Assembly (NCBI RefSeq): GCF_009914755.1
Contig: NC_060946.1
Length of the DNA: 64,000 nucleotides
From: the human T2T-CHM13v2.0 reference genome, Homo sapiens
Strand: one strand, 5' to 3'
Shown here: positions 27,700-40,079 of the stretch, in pieces
Numbering within the stretch: the stretch's first letter is position 1
Layout of the letters: each line of letters opens with the position of its first letter
Position numbers and translations under genes: made by a program
Notes under the pieces: model-generated
Seen by the model: only the letters and a program-made list of their open reading frames with translations
Told to the model about the DNA's origin: nothing
The model's database searches: none

Positions 27700-30600
27700 T
27701 CTGTCAATAGAAAGGTTCAACTCAGTTAGCTGCGTGCATATATCCCAAAGAAGATTCTGAGATTGCTTCTGTCTAGTTTTTATGGGAAGATATTTCCCTT
27801 TTCACCGTAGGCGTCAAGGCGCTCCAAATGTCCACTTCCAGATACTACAAAAAGAGTGTTTCAAACCTAATCTGTGAAAGGGAATATTCAACTCTGTAAC
27901 TTGAATGCACATATCACAAAGAAGTTTCTGAGAATGCTTCTGTCGAGATTTTATGTGAAGATATTCCCGTTTCCAACGAAATCCTGAAATCTATCCAAAT
28001 ATCCCCTCGCAGATTCTACAAAAAGAGTGTTTCAAAACTGCTCTGTAAAAAGAAAGGTTCAACTCTGTTAGTTGAGTACACACATCACAAACAAGTTTCA
28101 CAGAATGCTTCTTTCTAGCTTGTAGGGGAAGATATTCCCTTCATCACCATGGGCCTCAAACCGTCCGAAACGTCCACTTCCATATACTACAAAAAGAGCG
28201 TTTCAAACCTGCTCTATGAAAGGCAATGTTCAACTCTGTGACTTGAATGCAGACATCACAGAGCAGTTTCTGAGAAGGCTTCTGTCTAGATTTTATAGGA
28301 AGATATTCCCGTTTCCAACGAAATCTTCACAGCTATCCAAATATCCACTTGCAGATTCTACAAAAAGAGTGTATCAAAACTGCTCTGTCAAAAGGAAGGT
28401 TCTTCTCTGTTAGGTGAGTGCATACGTCATAAAGGAGTTTCTGAGAATGTTTCTGTCTAGTGGTTATGGGAAGATATTTGCTTTTTCACCGTAGGCCTCA
28501 GAGCGCTCCAAATGTCCACTTGCATATACTACAAAAAGAGTGCTTCAAACCTGCTCTCTGAAACGGAATGTTCAACTCTATGAGTTGAATGCAAACATCA
28601 CAAAGACGTTTCTGAGAATGCTTCTGTCTAGATTTGATATGAAGATATTCCCGTTTCCAACGAAATCTTCAAATCTATCCAAATGTCCACTTGCAGATTC
28701 AACAAAATGTGTTTTTCAGAACTGCTCTATCAAAAGAAAGATCCACCTCTGTTAGCTGAGTTCACACATCACAAACAAGTTTATGAGAATGCTTCTGTCT
28801 AGTTTTTATTTGAAGATATTTCCTTTCTCACCATAGACCTGAAAGCTGTCCTAATGTTCACTTCCAGATACTACAGAAAGAGTGTTTCAAAACTGCTGTA
28901 CGAAAGGGAATGTTCAACTCTGTGACTTGAATGCACACATCACAAAGAAGTTTCTGAGGATGCTGCTGTCTACTTTTTATACGTAATCCCGTTTCCAACG
29001 AAATCCTCCAAGCTATCCAAATATCCACTTGCAGATTCCACAGAAAGACTGTTTCAAAACTGCTCTGTCTATAGAAAGGTTCAACTCTGTTAGCTGCGTG
29101 CATATATCCCAAAGACGATTCTGAGATTGCTTCTGTCTAGTTTTTATGGGAAGATATTTCCCTTTTCACCGTAGGCGTCAAGGCGCTCCAAATGTCCACT
29201 TCCAGATGCTACAAAAAGAGTGTTTCAAACCTACTCTGTGAAAGGGAATATTCAACTCTGTGACTTGAATGCAGATATCACAAAGAAGTTTCTGAGAATG
29301 CTTCTGTCGAGATTTTATATGAAGATATTCCCGTTTCCAACGAAATCCTGAAATCTATCCAAATATCCCCTTGCAGATTCTACAAAAAGAGTGTTTCAAA
29401 ACTGCTGTGTAAAAAGAAAGGTTCAACTCTGTTAGTTGAGTACACACATCACAGCAAGTTTCACAGAATGCTTCTTTCTAGCTTGTAGGGGAAGATATTT
29501 CCTTTATCACCATGGGCCTCAAACCATCCGAAACGTCCACTTCCATATACTAAAAAAAGAATGTTTGAAACCTGCTCTATGAAAGGCAATGTTCAACTCT
29601 GTGACTTGAATGCAGACATCACAGAGCAGTTTCTGAGAATGCTTCTGTGCAGACTTTATAGGAAGATATTCCCGTTTCCAACGAAATCTTCACAGCTATC
29701 CAAATATCCACTTGCAGTTACTACAAAAAGAATGTATCAAAAATGCTCTGTCAAAAGGAAAGTTCTTCTCTGCTAGTTGAGTACATACGTCATAAAGAAG
29801 TTTCTGAGAATGTTTCTGTCTAGTGGTTATGGGAAGATATTTGCTTTTTCACCGTAGGCCTCTGAGCGCTCCAAATGTCCACTTGCACATGCTACAAAAA
29901 GAGTGCTTCAAAGCTGCTCTCTGAAAGGGAATGTTCAACTCTATGAGTTGAATGTAAACATCACAAAGACGTTTCTGAGAATGCGTCTGTGTAGATTTGA
30001 TATGAAGATATTCCCGTTTCCAACGAAATCTTCAAATCTATCCAAATGTCCACTTGCAGATTCAACAAAAAGTGTTTTTCAAAACTGCTGTATCAAAAGA
30101 AAGATCCACGTCTGTTAGCTGAGTTCACACATCACAAAGAAGTTTATGAGAATGCTTCTGTCTAGTTTTTATTTGAAGATATTTCCTTTCTCACCATAGA
30201 CCTGAAAGCTGTCGTAATGTTTACTTCCAGATACTACAGAAAGAGTGTTTCAAAACTGCTGTACGAAACGGAATGTTCAACTCTGTGACTTGAATGCACA
30301 CATCACAAAGAAGTTTCTGAGGATGCTGCTGTCTACTTTTTATACGTAATCCCGTTTCCAACGAAATCCTCCAAGCTATCCAAATATCCACTTGTAGATT
30401 CCACAGAAAGACTGTTTCAAAACTGCTCTGTCAATAGAAAGGTTCAACTCTGTTAGCTGCGTGCATATATCCCAAAGAAGATTCTGAGATTGCTTCTGTC
30501 TAGTTTTTATGGGAAGATATTTCCCTTTTCACCGTAGGTGTCAAGGCGCTCCAAATGTCCACTTCCAGATACTACAAAAAGAGTGTTTCAAACCTACTCT

Positions 30601-32680
30601 GTGAAAGGGAATATTCAACTCTGTGACTTGAATGCACATATCACAAAGAAGTTTCTGAGAATGCTTCTGTCGAGATTTTATATGAAGATATTCCCGTTTC
30701 CAACGAAATCCTGAAATCTATCCAAATATCCCCTCGCAGATTCTACAAAAAGAGTGTTTCAAAACTGTTCTGTAAAAAGAAAGGTTCAACTCTGTTAGTT
30801 GAGTACACACATCACAAACAAGTATCACAGAATGCTTCTTTCTAGCTTGTAGGGGAAGATATTCCCTTTATCACCATGGGCCTCAAACCGTCCGAAACGT
30901 CCACTTCCATATACTTCAAAAAGAGCGTTTCAAACCTGCTCTATGAAAGGCAATGTTCAACTCTGTGACTTGAATGCAGACATCACAGAGCTGTTTCTGA
31001 GAATGCTTCTGTCTAGATTTTATAGGAAGATATTCCCGTTTCCAACGAAATCTTCACAGCTATCCAAATATCCACTTGCAGATTCTACAAAAAGAGTGTA
31101 TCCAAACTGCTCTGTCAAAAGGAAGGTTCTTCTCTGTTAGGTGAGTGCATACGTCATAAAGGAGTTTCTGAGAATGTTTCTGTCTAGTGGTTATGGGAAG
31201 ATATTTGCTTTTTCACCGTAGGCCTCAGAGCGCTCCAAATATCCACTTGCACATACTACAAAAAGAGTGCCTCAAAGCTGCTCTCTGAAACGGAATGTTC
31301 AACTCTATGAGTTGAATTCAAACATCACAAAGACGTTTCTGAGAATGCTTCTGTCTAGATTTGATATGAAGATATTCCCGTTTCCAACGAAATCTTCAAA
31401 TCTATCCAAATGTCCACTTGCAGATTCAACAAAAAGTGTTTTTCAGAACTGCTCTATCAAAAGAAAGATCCACCTCTGTTAGCTGAGTTCACACATCCAA
31501 ACAAGTTTATGAGAATGCTTCTGTCTAGTTTTTATTTGAAGATATTTCCTTTCTCACCATAGACCTGAAAGCTGTCCTAATGTTCACTTCCAGATACTAC
31601 AGAAAGAGTGTTTCAAAACTGCTGTACGAAAGGGAATGTTCAACTCTGTGACTTGAATGCACACATCACAAAGAAGTTTCTGAGGATGCTGCTGTCTACT
31701 TTTTATACGTAATCCTGTTTCCAACGAAATCCTCCAAGCTATCCAAATATCCACTTGCAGATTCCACAGAAAGAATGTTTCAAAACTGCTCTGTCAATAG
31801 AAAGGTTCAACTCAGTTAGCTGCGTGCATATATCCCAAAGAAGATTCTGAGATTGCTTCTGTCTAGTTTTTATGGGAAGATATTTCCCTTTTCACCGTAG
31901 GCGTCAAGGCGCTCCAAATGTCCACTTCCAGATACTACAAAAAGAGTGTTTCAAACCTAATCTGTGAAAGGGAATATTCAACTCTGTAACTTGAATGCAC
32001 ATATCACAAAGAAGTTTCTGAGAATGCTACTGTCGAGATTTTATGTGAAGATATTCCCGTTTCCAACGAAATCCTGAAATCTATCCAAATATCCCCTCGC
32101 AGATTCTACAAAAAGAGTGTTTCAAAACTGCTCTGTAAAAAGAAAGGTTCAACTCTGTTAGTTGAGTACACACATCACAAACAAGTTTCACAGAATGCTT
32201 CTTTCTAGCTTGTAGGGGAAGATATTCCCTTCATCACCATGGGCCTCAAACCGTCCGAAACGTCCACTTCCATATACTACAAAAAGAGCGTTTCAAACCT
32301 GCTCTATGAAAGGCAATGTTCAACTCTGTGACTTGAATGCAGACATCACAGAGCAGTTTCTGAGAATGCTTCTGTCTAGATTTTATAGGAAGATATTCCC
32401 GTTTCCAACGAAATCTTCACAGCTATCCAAATATCCACTTGCAGATTCTACAAAAAGAGTGTATCAAAACTGCTCTGTCAAAAGGAAGGTTCTTCTCTGT
32501 TAGGTGAGTGCATACGTCATAAAGGAGTTTCTGAGAATGTTTCTGTCTAGTGGTTATGGGAAGATATTTGCTTTTTCACCGTAGGCCTCAGAGCGCTCCA
32601 AATGTCCACTTGCACATACTACAAAAAGAGGGCTTCAAACCTGCTCTCTGAAACGGAATGTTCAACTCTATGAGTTGAAT
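27700..32680. repeat. Multi-HOR block, duplicated at ~37245-42225 (offset 9545 bp = 7 HORs minus 3 bp)
   Basis: Identical variant ORFs occur at 28540/38085, 28858/38403, 29561/39106, 29903/39448, 30943/40488, 31267/40812 and 32306/41851. The copies share 1-bp deletions and an EcoRI-creating SNV. Boundaries are approximate. Confidence 0.85.
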
Positions 32681-35600
32681 GCCAACATCACAAAGACGTT
32701 TCTGAGAATGCTTCTGTCTAGATTTGATATGAAGATATTCCCGTTTCCAACGAAATCTTCAAATCTATCCAAATGTCCACTTGCAGATTCAACAAAATGT
32801 GTTTTTCAGAACTGCTCTATCAAAAGAAAGATCCACCTCTGTTAGCTGAGTTCACACATCACAAACAAGTTTATGAGAATGCTTCTGTCTAGTTTTTATT
32901 TGAAGATATTTCCTTTCTCACCATAGACCTGAAAGCTGTCCTAATGTTCACTTCCAGATACTACAGAAAGAGTGTTTCAAAACTGCTGTACGAAAGGGAA
33001 TGTTCAACTCTGTGACTTGAATGCACACATCACAAAGAAGTTTCTGAGGATGCTGCTGTCTACTTTTTATACGTAATCCCATTTCCAACGAAATCCTCCA
33101 AGCTATCCAAATATCCACTTGCAGATTCCACAGAAAGACTGTTTCAAAACTGCTCTGTCTATAGAAAGGTTCAACTCTGTTAGCTGCGTGCATATATCCC
33201 AAAGACGATTCTGAGATTGCTTCTGTCTAGTTTTTATGGGAAGATATTTCCCTTTTCACCGTAGGCGTCAAGGCGCTCCAAATGTCCACTTCCAGATGCT
33301 ACAAAAAGAGTGTTTCAAACCTACTCTGTGAAAGGGAATATTCAACTCTGTGACTTGAATGCAGATATCACAAAGAAGTTTCTGAGAATGCTTCTGTCGA
33401 GATTTTATATGAAGATATTCCCGTTTCCAACGAAATCCTGAAATCTATCCAAATATCCCCTTGCAGATTCTACAAAAAGAGTGTTTCAAAACTGCTCTGT
33501 AAAAAGAAAGGTTCAACTCTGTTAGTTGAGTACACACATCACAACAAGTTTCACAGAATGCTTCTTTCTAGCTTGTAGGGGAAGATATTTCCTTTATCAC
33601 CATGGGCCTCAAACCATCCGAAACGTCCACTTCCATATACTAAAAAAAGAGTGTTTGAAACCTGCTCTATGAAAGGCAATGTTCAACTCTGTGACTTGAA
33701 TGCAGACATCACAGAGCAGTTTCTGAGAATGCTTCTGTCCAGACTTTATAGGAAGATATTCCCGTTTCCAACGAAATCTTCACAGCTATCCAAATATCCA
33801 CTTGCAGATACTACAAAAAGAATGTATCAAAAATGCTGTGTCAAAAGGAAAGTTCTTCTCTGCTAGTTGAGTACATACGTCATAAAGAAGTTTCTGAGAA
33901 TGTTTCTGTCTAGTGGTTATGGGAAGATATTTGCTTTTTCACCGTAGGCCTCAGAGCGCTCCAAATGTCCACTTGCACATGCTACAAAAAGAGTGCTTCA
34001 AAGCTGCTCTCTGAAAGGGAATGTTCAACTCTATGAGTTGAATGTAAACATCACAAAGACGTTTCTGAGAATGCGTCTGTCTAGATTTTATATGAAGATA
34101 TTCCCGTTTCCAACGAAATCTTCAAATCTATCCAAATGTCCACTTGCAGATTCAACAAAAAGTGTTTTTCACAACTGCTGTATCAAAAGAAAGATCCACG
34201 TCTGTTAGCTGAGTTCACACATCACAAAGAAGTTTATGAGAATGCTTCTGTCTAGTTTTTATTTGAAGATATTTCCTTTCTCACCATAGACCTGAAAGCT
34301 GTCGTAATGTTTACTTCCAGATACTACAGAAAGAGTGTTTCAAAACTGCTGTACGAAACGGAATGTTCAACTCTGTGACTTGAATGCACACATCACAAAG
34401 AAGTTTCTGAGGATGCTGCTGTCTACTTTTTATACGTAATCCCGTTTCCAACGAAATCCTCCAAGCTATCCAAATATCCACTTGCAGATTCCACAGAAAG
34501 ACTGTTTCAAAACTGCTCTGTCAATAGAAAGGTTCAACTCTGTTAGCTGCGTGCATATATCCCAAAGAAGATTCTGAGATTGCTTCTGTCTAGTTTTTTT
34601 GGGAAGATATTTCCCTTTTCACCGTAGGCGTCAAGGCGCTCCAAATGTCCACTTCCAGATACTACAAAAAGAGTGTTTCAAACCTACTCTGTGAAAGGGA
34701 ATATTCAACTCTGTGACTTGAATGCACATATCACAAAGAAGTTTCTGAGAATGCTTCTGTCGAGATTTTATATGAAGATATTCCCGTTTCCAACGAAATC
34801 CTGAAATCTATCCAAATATCCCCTCGCAGATTCTACAAAAAGAGTGTTTCAAAACTGCTCTGTAAAAAGAAAGGTTCAACTCTGTTAGTTGAGTACACAC
34901 ATCACAAACAAGTTTCACAGAATGCTTCTTTCTAGCTTGTAGGGGAAGATATTCCCTTTATCACCATGGTCCTCAAACCGTCCGAAACGTCCACTTCCAT
35001 ATACTACAAAAAGAGAGTTTCAAACCTGCTCTATGAAAGGCAATGTTCAACTCTGTGACTTGAATGCAGACATCACAGAGCAGTTTCTGAGAATGCTTCT
35101 GTCCAGACTTTATAGGAAGATATTCCCGTTTCCAACGAAATCTTCACAGCTATCCAAATATCCACTTGCAGATACTACAAAAAGAATATATCAAAAATGC
35201 TCTGTCAAAAGGAAAGTTCTTCTCTGCTAGTTGAGTGCATACGTCATAAAGAAGTTTCTGAGAATGTTTCTGTCTAGTGGTTATGGGAAGATATTAGCTT
35301 TTTCCCCGTAGACCTCAGAGCGCTCCAAATGTCCACTTGCACATGCTACAAAAAGAGTGCTTCAAAGCTGCTCTCTGAAAGGGAATGTTCAACTCTATGA
35401 GTTGAATGTAAACATCACAAAGACGTTTCTGAGAATGCTTCTGTCTAGATTTGATATGAAGATATTCCCGTTTCCAACGAAATCTTCAAATCTATCCAAA
35501 TGTCCACTTGCAGATTCAACAAAAAGTGTTTTTCAAAACTGCTGTATCAAAAGAAAGATCCACGTCTGTTAGCTGAGTTCACACATCACAAACAAGTTTA

Positions 35601-38600
35601 TGAGAATGCTTCTGTCTAGTTTTTATTTGAAGATATTTCCTTTCTCACCATAGACCTGAAAGCTGTCCTAATGTTCACTTCCAGGTACTACAGAAAGAGT
35701 GTTTCAAAACTGCTGTACGAAAGGGAATGTTCAACTCTGTGACTTGAATGCACACATCACAAAGAAGTTTCTGAGGATGCTGCTGTCTACTTTTTATACG
35801 TAATCCCGTTTCCAAAGAAATCCTCCAAGCTATCCAAATATCCACTTGTAGATTCCACAGAAAGACTGTTTCAAAACTGCTCTGTCAATAGAAAGGTTCA
35901 ACTCTGTTAGCTGCGTGCATATATCCCAAAGAAGATTCTGAGATTGCTTCTGTCTAGTTTTTATGGGAAGATATTTCCCTTTTCACCGTAGGTGTCAAGG
36001 CGCTCCAAATGTCCACTTCCAGATACTACAAAAAGAGTGTTTCAAACCTACTCTGTGAAAGGGAATATTCAACTCTGTGACTTGAATGCACATATCACAA
36101 AGAAGTTTCTGAGAATGCTTCTGTCGAGATTTTATATGAAGATATTCCCGTTTCCAACGAAATCCTGAAATCTATCCAAATATCCCCTCGCAGATTCTAC
36201 AAAAAGAGTGTTTCAAAACTGTTCTGTAAAAAGAAAGGTTCAACTCTGTTAGTTGAGTACACACATCACAAACAAGTATCACAGAATGCTTCTTTCTAGC
36301 TTGTAGGGGAAGATATTCCCTTTATCACCATGGGCCTCAAACCGTCCGAAACGTCCACTTCCATATACTTCAAAAAGAGCGTTTCAAACCTGCTCTATGA
36401 AAGGCAATGTTCAACTCTGTGACTTGAATGCAGACATCACAGAGCTGTTTCTGAGAATGCTTCTGTCTAGATTTTATAGGAAGATATTCCCGTTTCCAAC
36501 GAAATCTTCACAGCTATCCAAATATCCACTTGCAGATTCTACAAAAAGAGTGTATCCAAACTGCTCTGTCAAAAGGAAGGTTCTTCTCTGTTAGGTGAGT
36601 GCATACGTCATAAAGGAGTTTCTGAGAATGTTTCTGTCTAGTGGTTATGGGAAGATATTTGCTTTTTCACCGTAGGCCTCAGAGCGCTCCAAATATCCAC
36701 TTGCACATACTACAAAAAGAGTGCCTCAAAGCTGCTCTCTGAAACGGAATGTTCAACTCTATGAGTTGAATGGAAACATCACAAAGACGTTTCTGAGAAT
36801 GCTTCTGTCTAGATTTGATATGAAGATATTCCCGTTTCCAACGAAATCTTCAAATCTATCCAAATGTCCACTTCTATAATCAACAAAAAGTGTTTTTCAG
36901 AACTGCTCTATCAAAAGAAAGATCCACCTCTGTTAGCTGAGTTCACACATCACAAACAAGTTTATGAGAATGCTTCTGTCTAGTTTTTATTTGAAGATAT
37001 TTCCTTTCTCACCATAGACCTGAAAGCTGTCCTAATGTTCACTTCCAGATACTACAGAAAGAGTGTTTCAAAACTGCTGTACGAAAGGGAATGTTCAACT
37101 CTGTGACTTGAATGCACACATCACAAAGAAGTTTCTGAGGATGCTGCTGTCTACTTTTTATACGTAATCCTGTTTCCAACGAAATCCTCCAAGCTATCCA
37201 AATATCCACTTGCAGATTCCACAGAAAGAATGTTTCAAAACTGCTCTGTCAATAGAAAGGTTCAACTCAGTTAGCTGCGTGCATATATCCCAAAGAAGAT
37301 TCTGAGATTGCTTCTGTCTAGTTTTTATGGGAAGATATTTCCCTTTTCACCGTAGGCGTCAAGGCGCTCCAAATGTCCACTTCCAGATACTACAAAAAGA
37401 GTGTTTCAAACCTAATCTGTGAAAGGGAATATTCAACTCTGTAACTTGAATGCACATATCACAAAGAAGTTTCTGAGAATGCTTCTGTCGAGATTTTATG
37501 TGAAGATATTCCCGTTTCCAACGAAATCCTGAAATCTATCCAAATATCCCCTCGCAGATTCTACAAAAAGAGTGTTTCAAAACTGCTCTGTAAAAAGAAA
37601 GGTTCAACTCTGTTAGTTGAGTACACACATCACAAACAAGTTTCACAGAATGCTTCTTTCTAGCTTGTAGGGGAAGATATTCCCTTCATCACCATGGGCC
37701 TCAAACCGTCCGAAACGTCCACTTCCATATACTACAAAAAGAGCGTTTCAAACCTGCTCTATGAAAGGCACTGTTCAACTCTGTGACTTGAATGCAGACA
37801 TCACAGAGCAGTTTCTGAGAATGCTTCTGTCTAGATTTTATAGGAAGATATTCCCGTTTCCAACGAAATCTTCACAGCTATCCAAATATCCACTTGCAGA
37901 TTCTACAAAAAGAGTGTATCAAAACTGCTCTGTCAAAAGGAAGGTTCTTCTCTGTTAGGTGAGTGCATACGTCATAAAGGAGTTTCTGAGAATGTTTCTG
38001 TCTAGTGGTTATGGGAAGATATTTGCTTTTTCACCGTAGGCCTCAGAGCGCTCCAAATGTCCACTTGCATATACTACAAAAAGAGTGCTTCAAACCTGCT
38101 CTCTGAAACGGAATGTTCAACTCTATGAGTTGAATGCAAACATCACAAAGACGTTTCTGAGAATGCTTCTGTCTAGATTTGATATGAAGATATTCCCGTT
38201 TCCAACGAAATCTTCAAATCTATCCAAATGTCCACTTGCAGATTCAACAAAATGTGTTTTTCAGAACTGCTCTATCAAAAGAAAGATCCACCTCTGTTAG
38301 CTGAGTTCACACATCACAAACAAGTTTATGAGAATGCTTCTGTCTAGTTTTTATTTGAAGATATTTCCTTTCTCACCATAGACCTGAAAGCTGTCCTAAT
38401 GTTCACTTCCAGATACTACAGAAAGAGTGTTTCAAAACTGCTGTACGAAAGGGAATGTTCAACTCTGTGACTTGAATGCACACATCACAAAGAAGTTTCT
38501 GAGGATGCTGCTGTCTACTTTTTATACGTAATCCCGTTTCCAACGAAATCCTCCAAGCTATCCAAATATCCACTTGCAGATTCCACAGAAAGACTGTTTC

Positions 38601-40079
38601 AAAACTGCTCTGTCTATAGAAAGGTTCAACTCTGTTAGCTGCGTGCATATATCCCAAAGACGATTCTGAGATTGCTTCTGTCTAGTTTTTATGGGAAGAT
38701 ATTTCCCTTTTCACCGTAGGCGTCAAGGCGCTCCAAATGTCCACTTCCAGATGCTACAAAAAGAGTGTTTCAAACCTACTCTGTGAAAGGGAATATTCAA
38801 CTCTGTGACTTGAATGCAGATATCACAAAGAAGTTTCTGAGAATGCTTCTGTCGAGATTTTATATGAAGATATTCCCGTTTCCAACGAAATCCTGAAATC
38901 TATCCAAATATCCCCTTGCAGATTCTACAAAAAGAGTGTTTCAAAACTGCTCTGTAAAAAGAAAGGTTCAACTCTGTTAGTTGAGTACACACATCACAGC
39001 AAGTTTCACAGAATGCTTCTTTCTAGCTTGTAGGGGAAGATATTTCCTTTATCACCATGGGCCTCAAACCATCCGAAACGTCCACTTCCATATACTAAAA
39101 AAAGAGTGTTTGAAACCTGCTCTATGAAAGGCAATGTTCAACTCTGTGACTTGAATGCAGACATCACAGAGCAGTTTCTGAGAATGCTTCTGTGCAGACT
39201 TTATAGGAAGATATTCCCGTTTCCAACGAAATCTTCACAGCTATCCAAATATCCACTTGCAGTTACTACAAAAAGAATGTATCAAAAATGCTCTGTCAAA
39301 AGGAAAGTTCTTCTCTGCTAGTTGAGTACATACGTCATAAAGAAGTTTCTGAGAATGTTTCTGTCTAGTGGTTATGGGAAGATATTTGCTTTTTCACCGT
39401 AGGCCTCAGAGCGCTCCAAATGTCCACTTGCACATGCTACAAAAAGAGTGCTTCAAAGCTGCTCTCTGAAAGGGAATGTTCAACTCTATGAGTTGAATGT
39501 AAACATCACAAAGACGTTTCTGAGAATGCGTCTGTGTAGATTTGATATGAAGATATTCCCGTTTCCAACGAAATCTTCAAATCTATCCAAATGTCCACTT
39601 GCAGATTCAACAAAAAGTGTTTTTCAAAACTGCTGTATCAAAAGAAAGATCCACGTCTGTTAGCTGAGTTCACACATCACAAAGAAGTTTATGAGAATGC
39701 TTCTGTCTAGTTTTTATTTGAAGATATTTCCTTTCTCACCATAGACCTGAAAGCTGTCGTAATGTTTACTTCCAGATACTACAGAAAGAGTGTTTCAAAA
39801 CTGCTGTACGAAACGGAATGTTCAACTCTGTGACTTGAATGCACACATCACAAAGAAGTTTCTGAGGATGCTGCTGTCTACTTTTTATACGTAATCCCGT
39901 TTCCAACGAAATCCTCCAAGCTATCCAAATATCCACTTGTAGATTCCACAGAAAGACTGTTTCAAAACTGCTCTGTCAATAGAAAGGTTCAACTCTGTTA
40001 GCTGCGTGCATATATCCCAAAGAAGATTCTGAGATTGCTTCTGTCTAGTTTTTATGGGAAGATATTTCCCTTTTCACCG

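Noticed and set aside
28858-38657. Three 84-aa minus-strand ORFs (28858, 32948, 38403)
   Set aside because: They are opened by one SNV (gtcaatag to gtctatag) removing a stop in three related HOR copies. They are useful as a duplication marker only.
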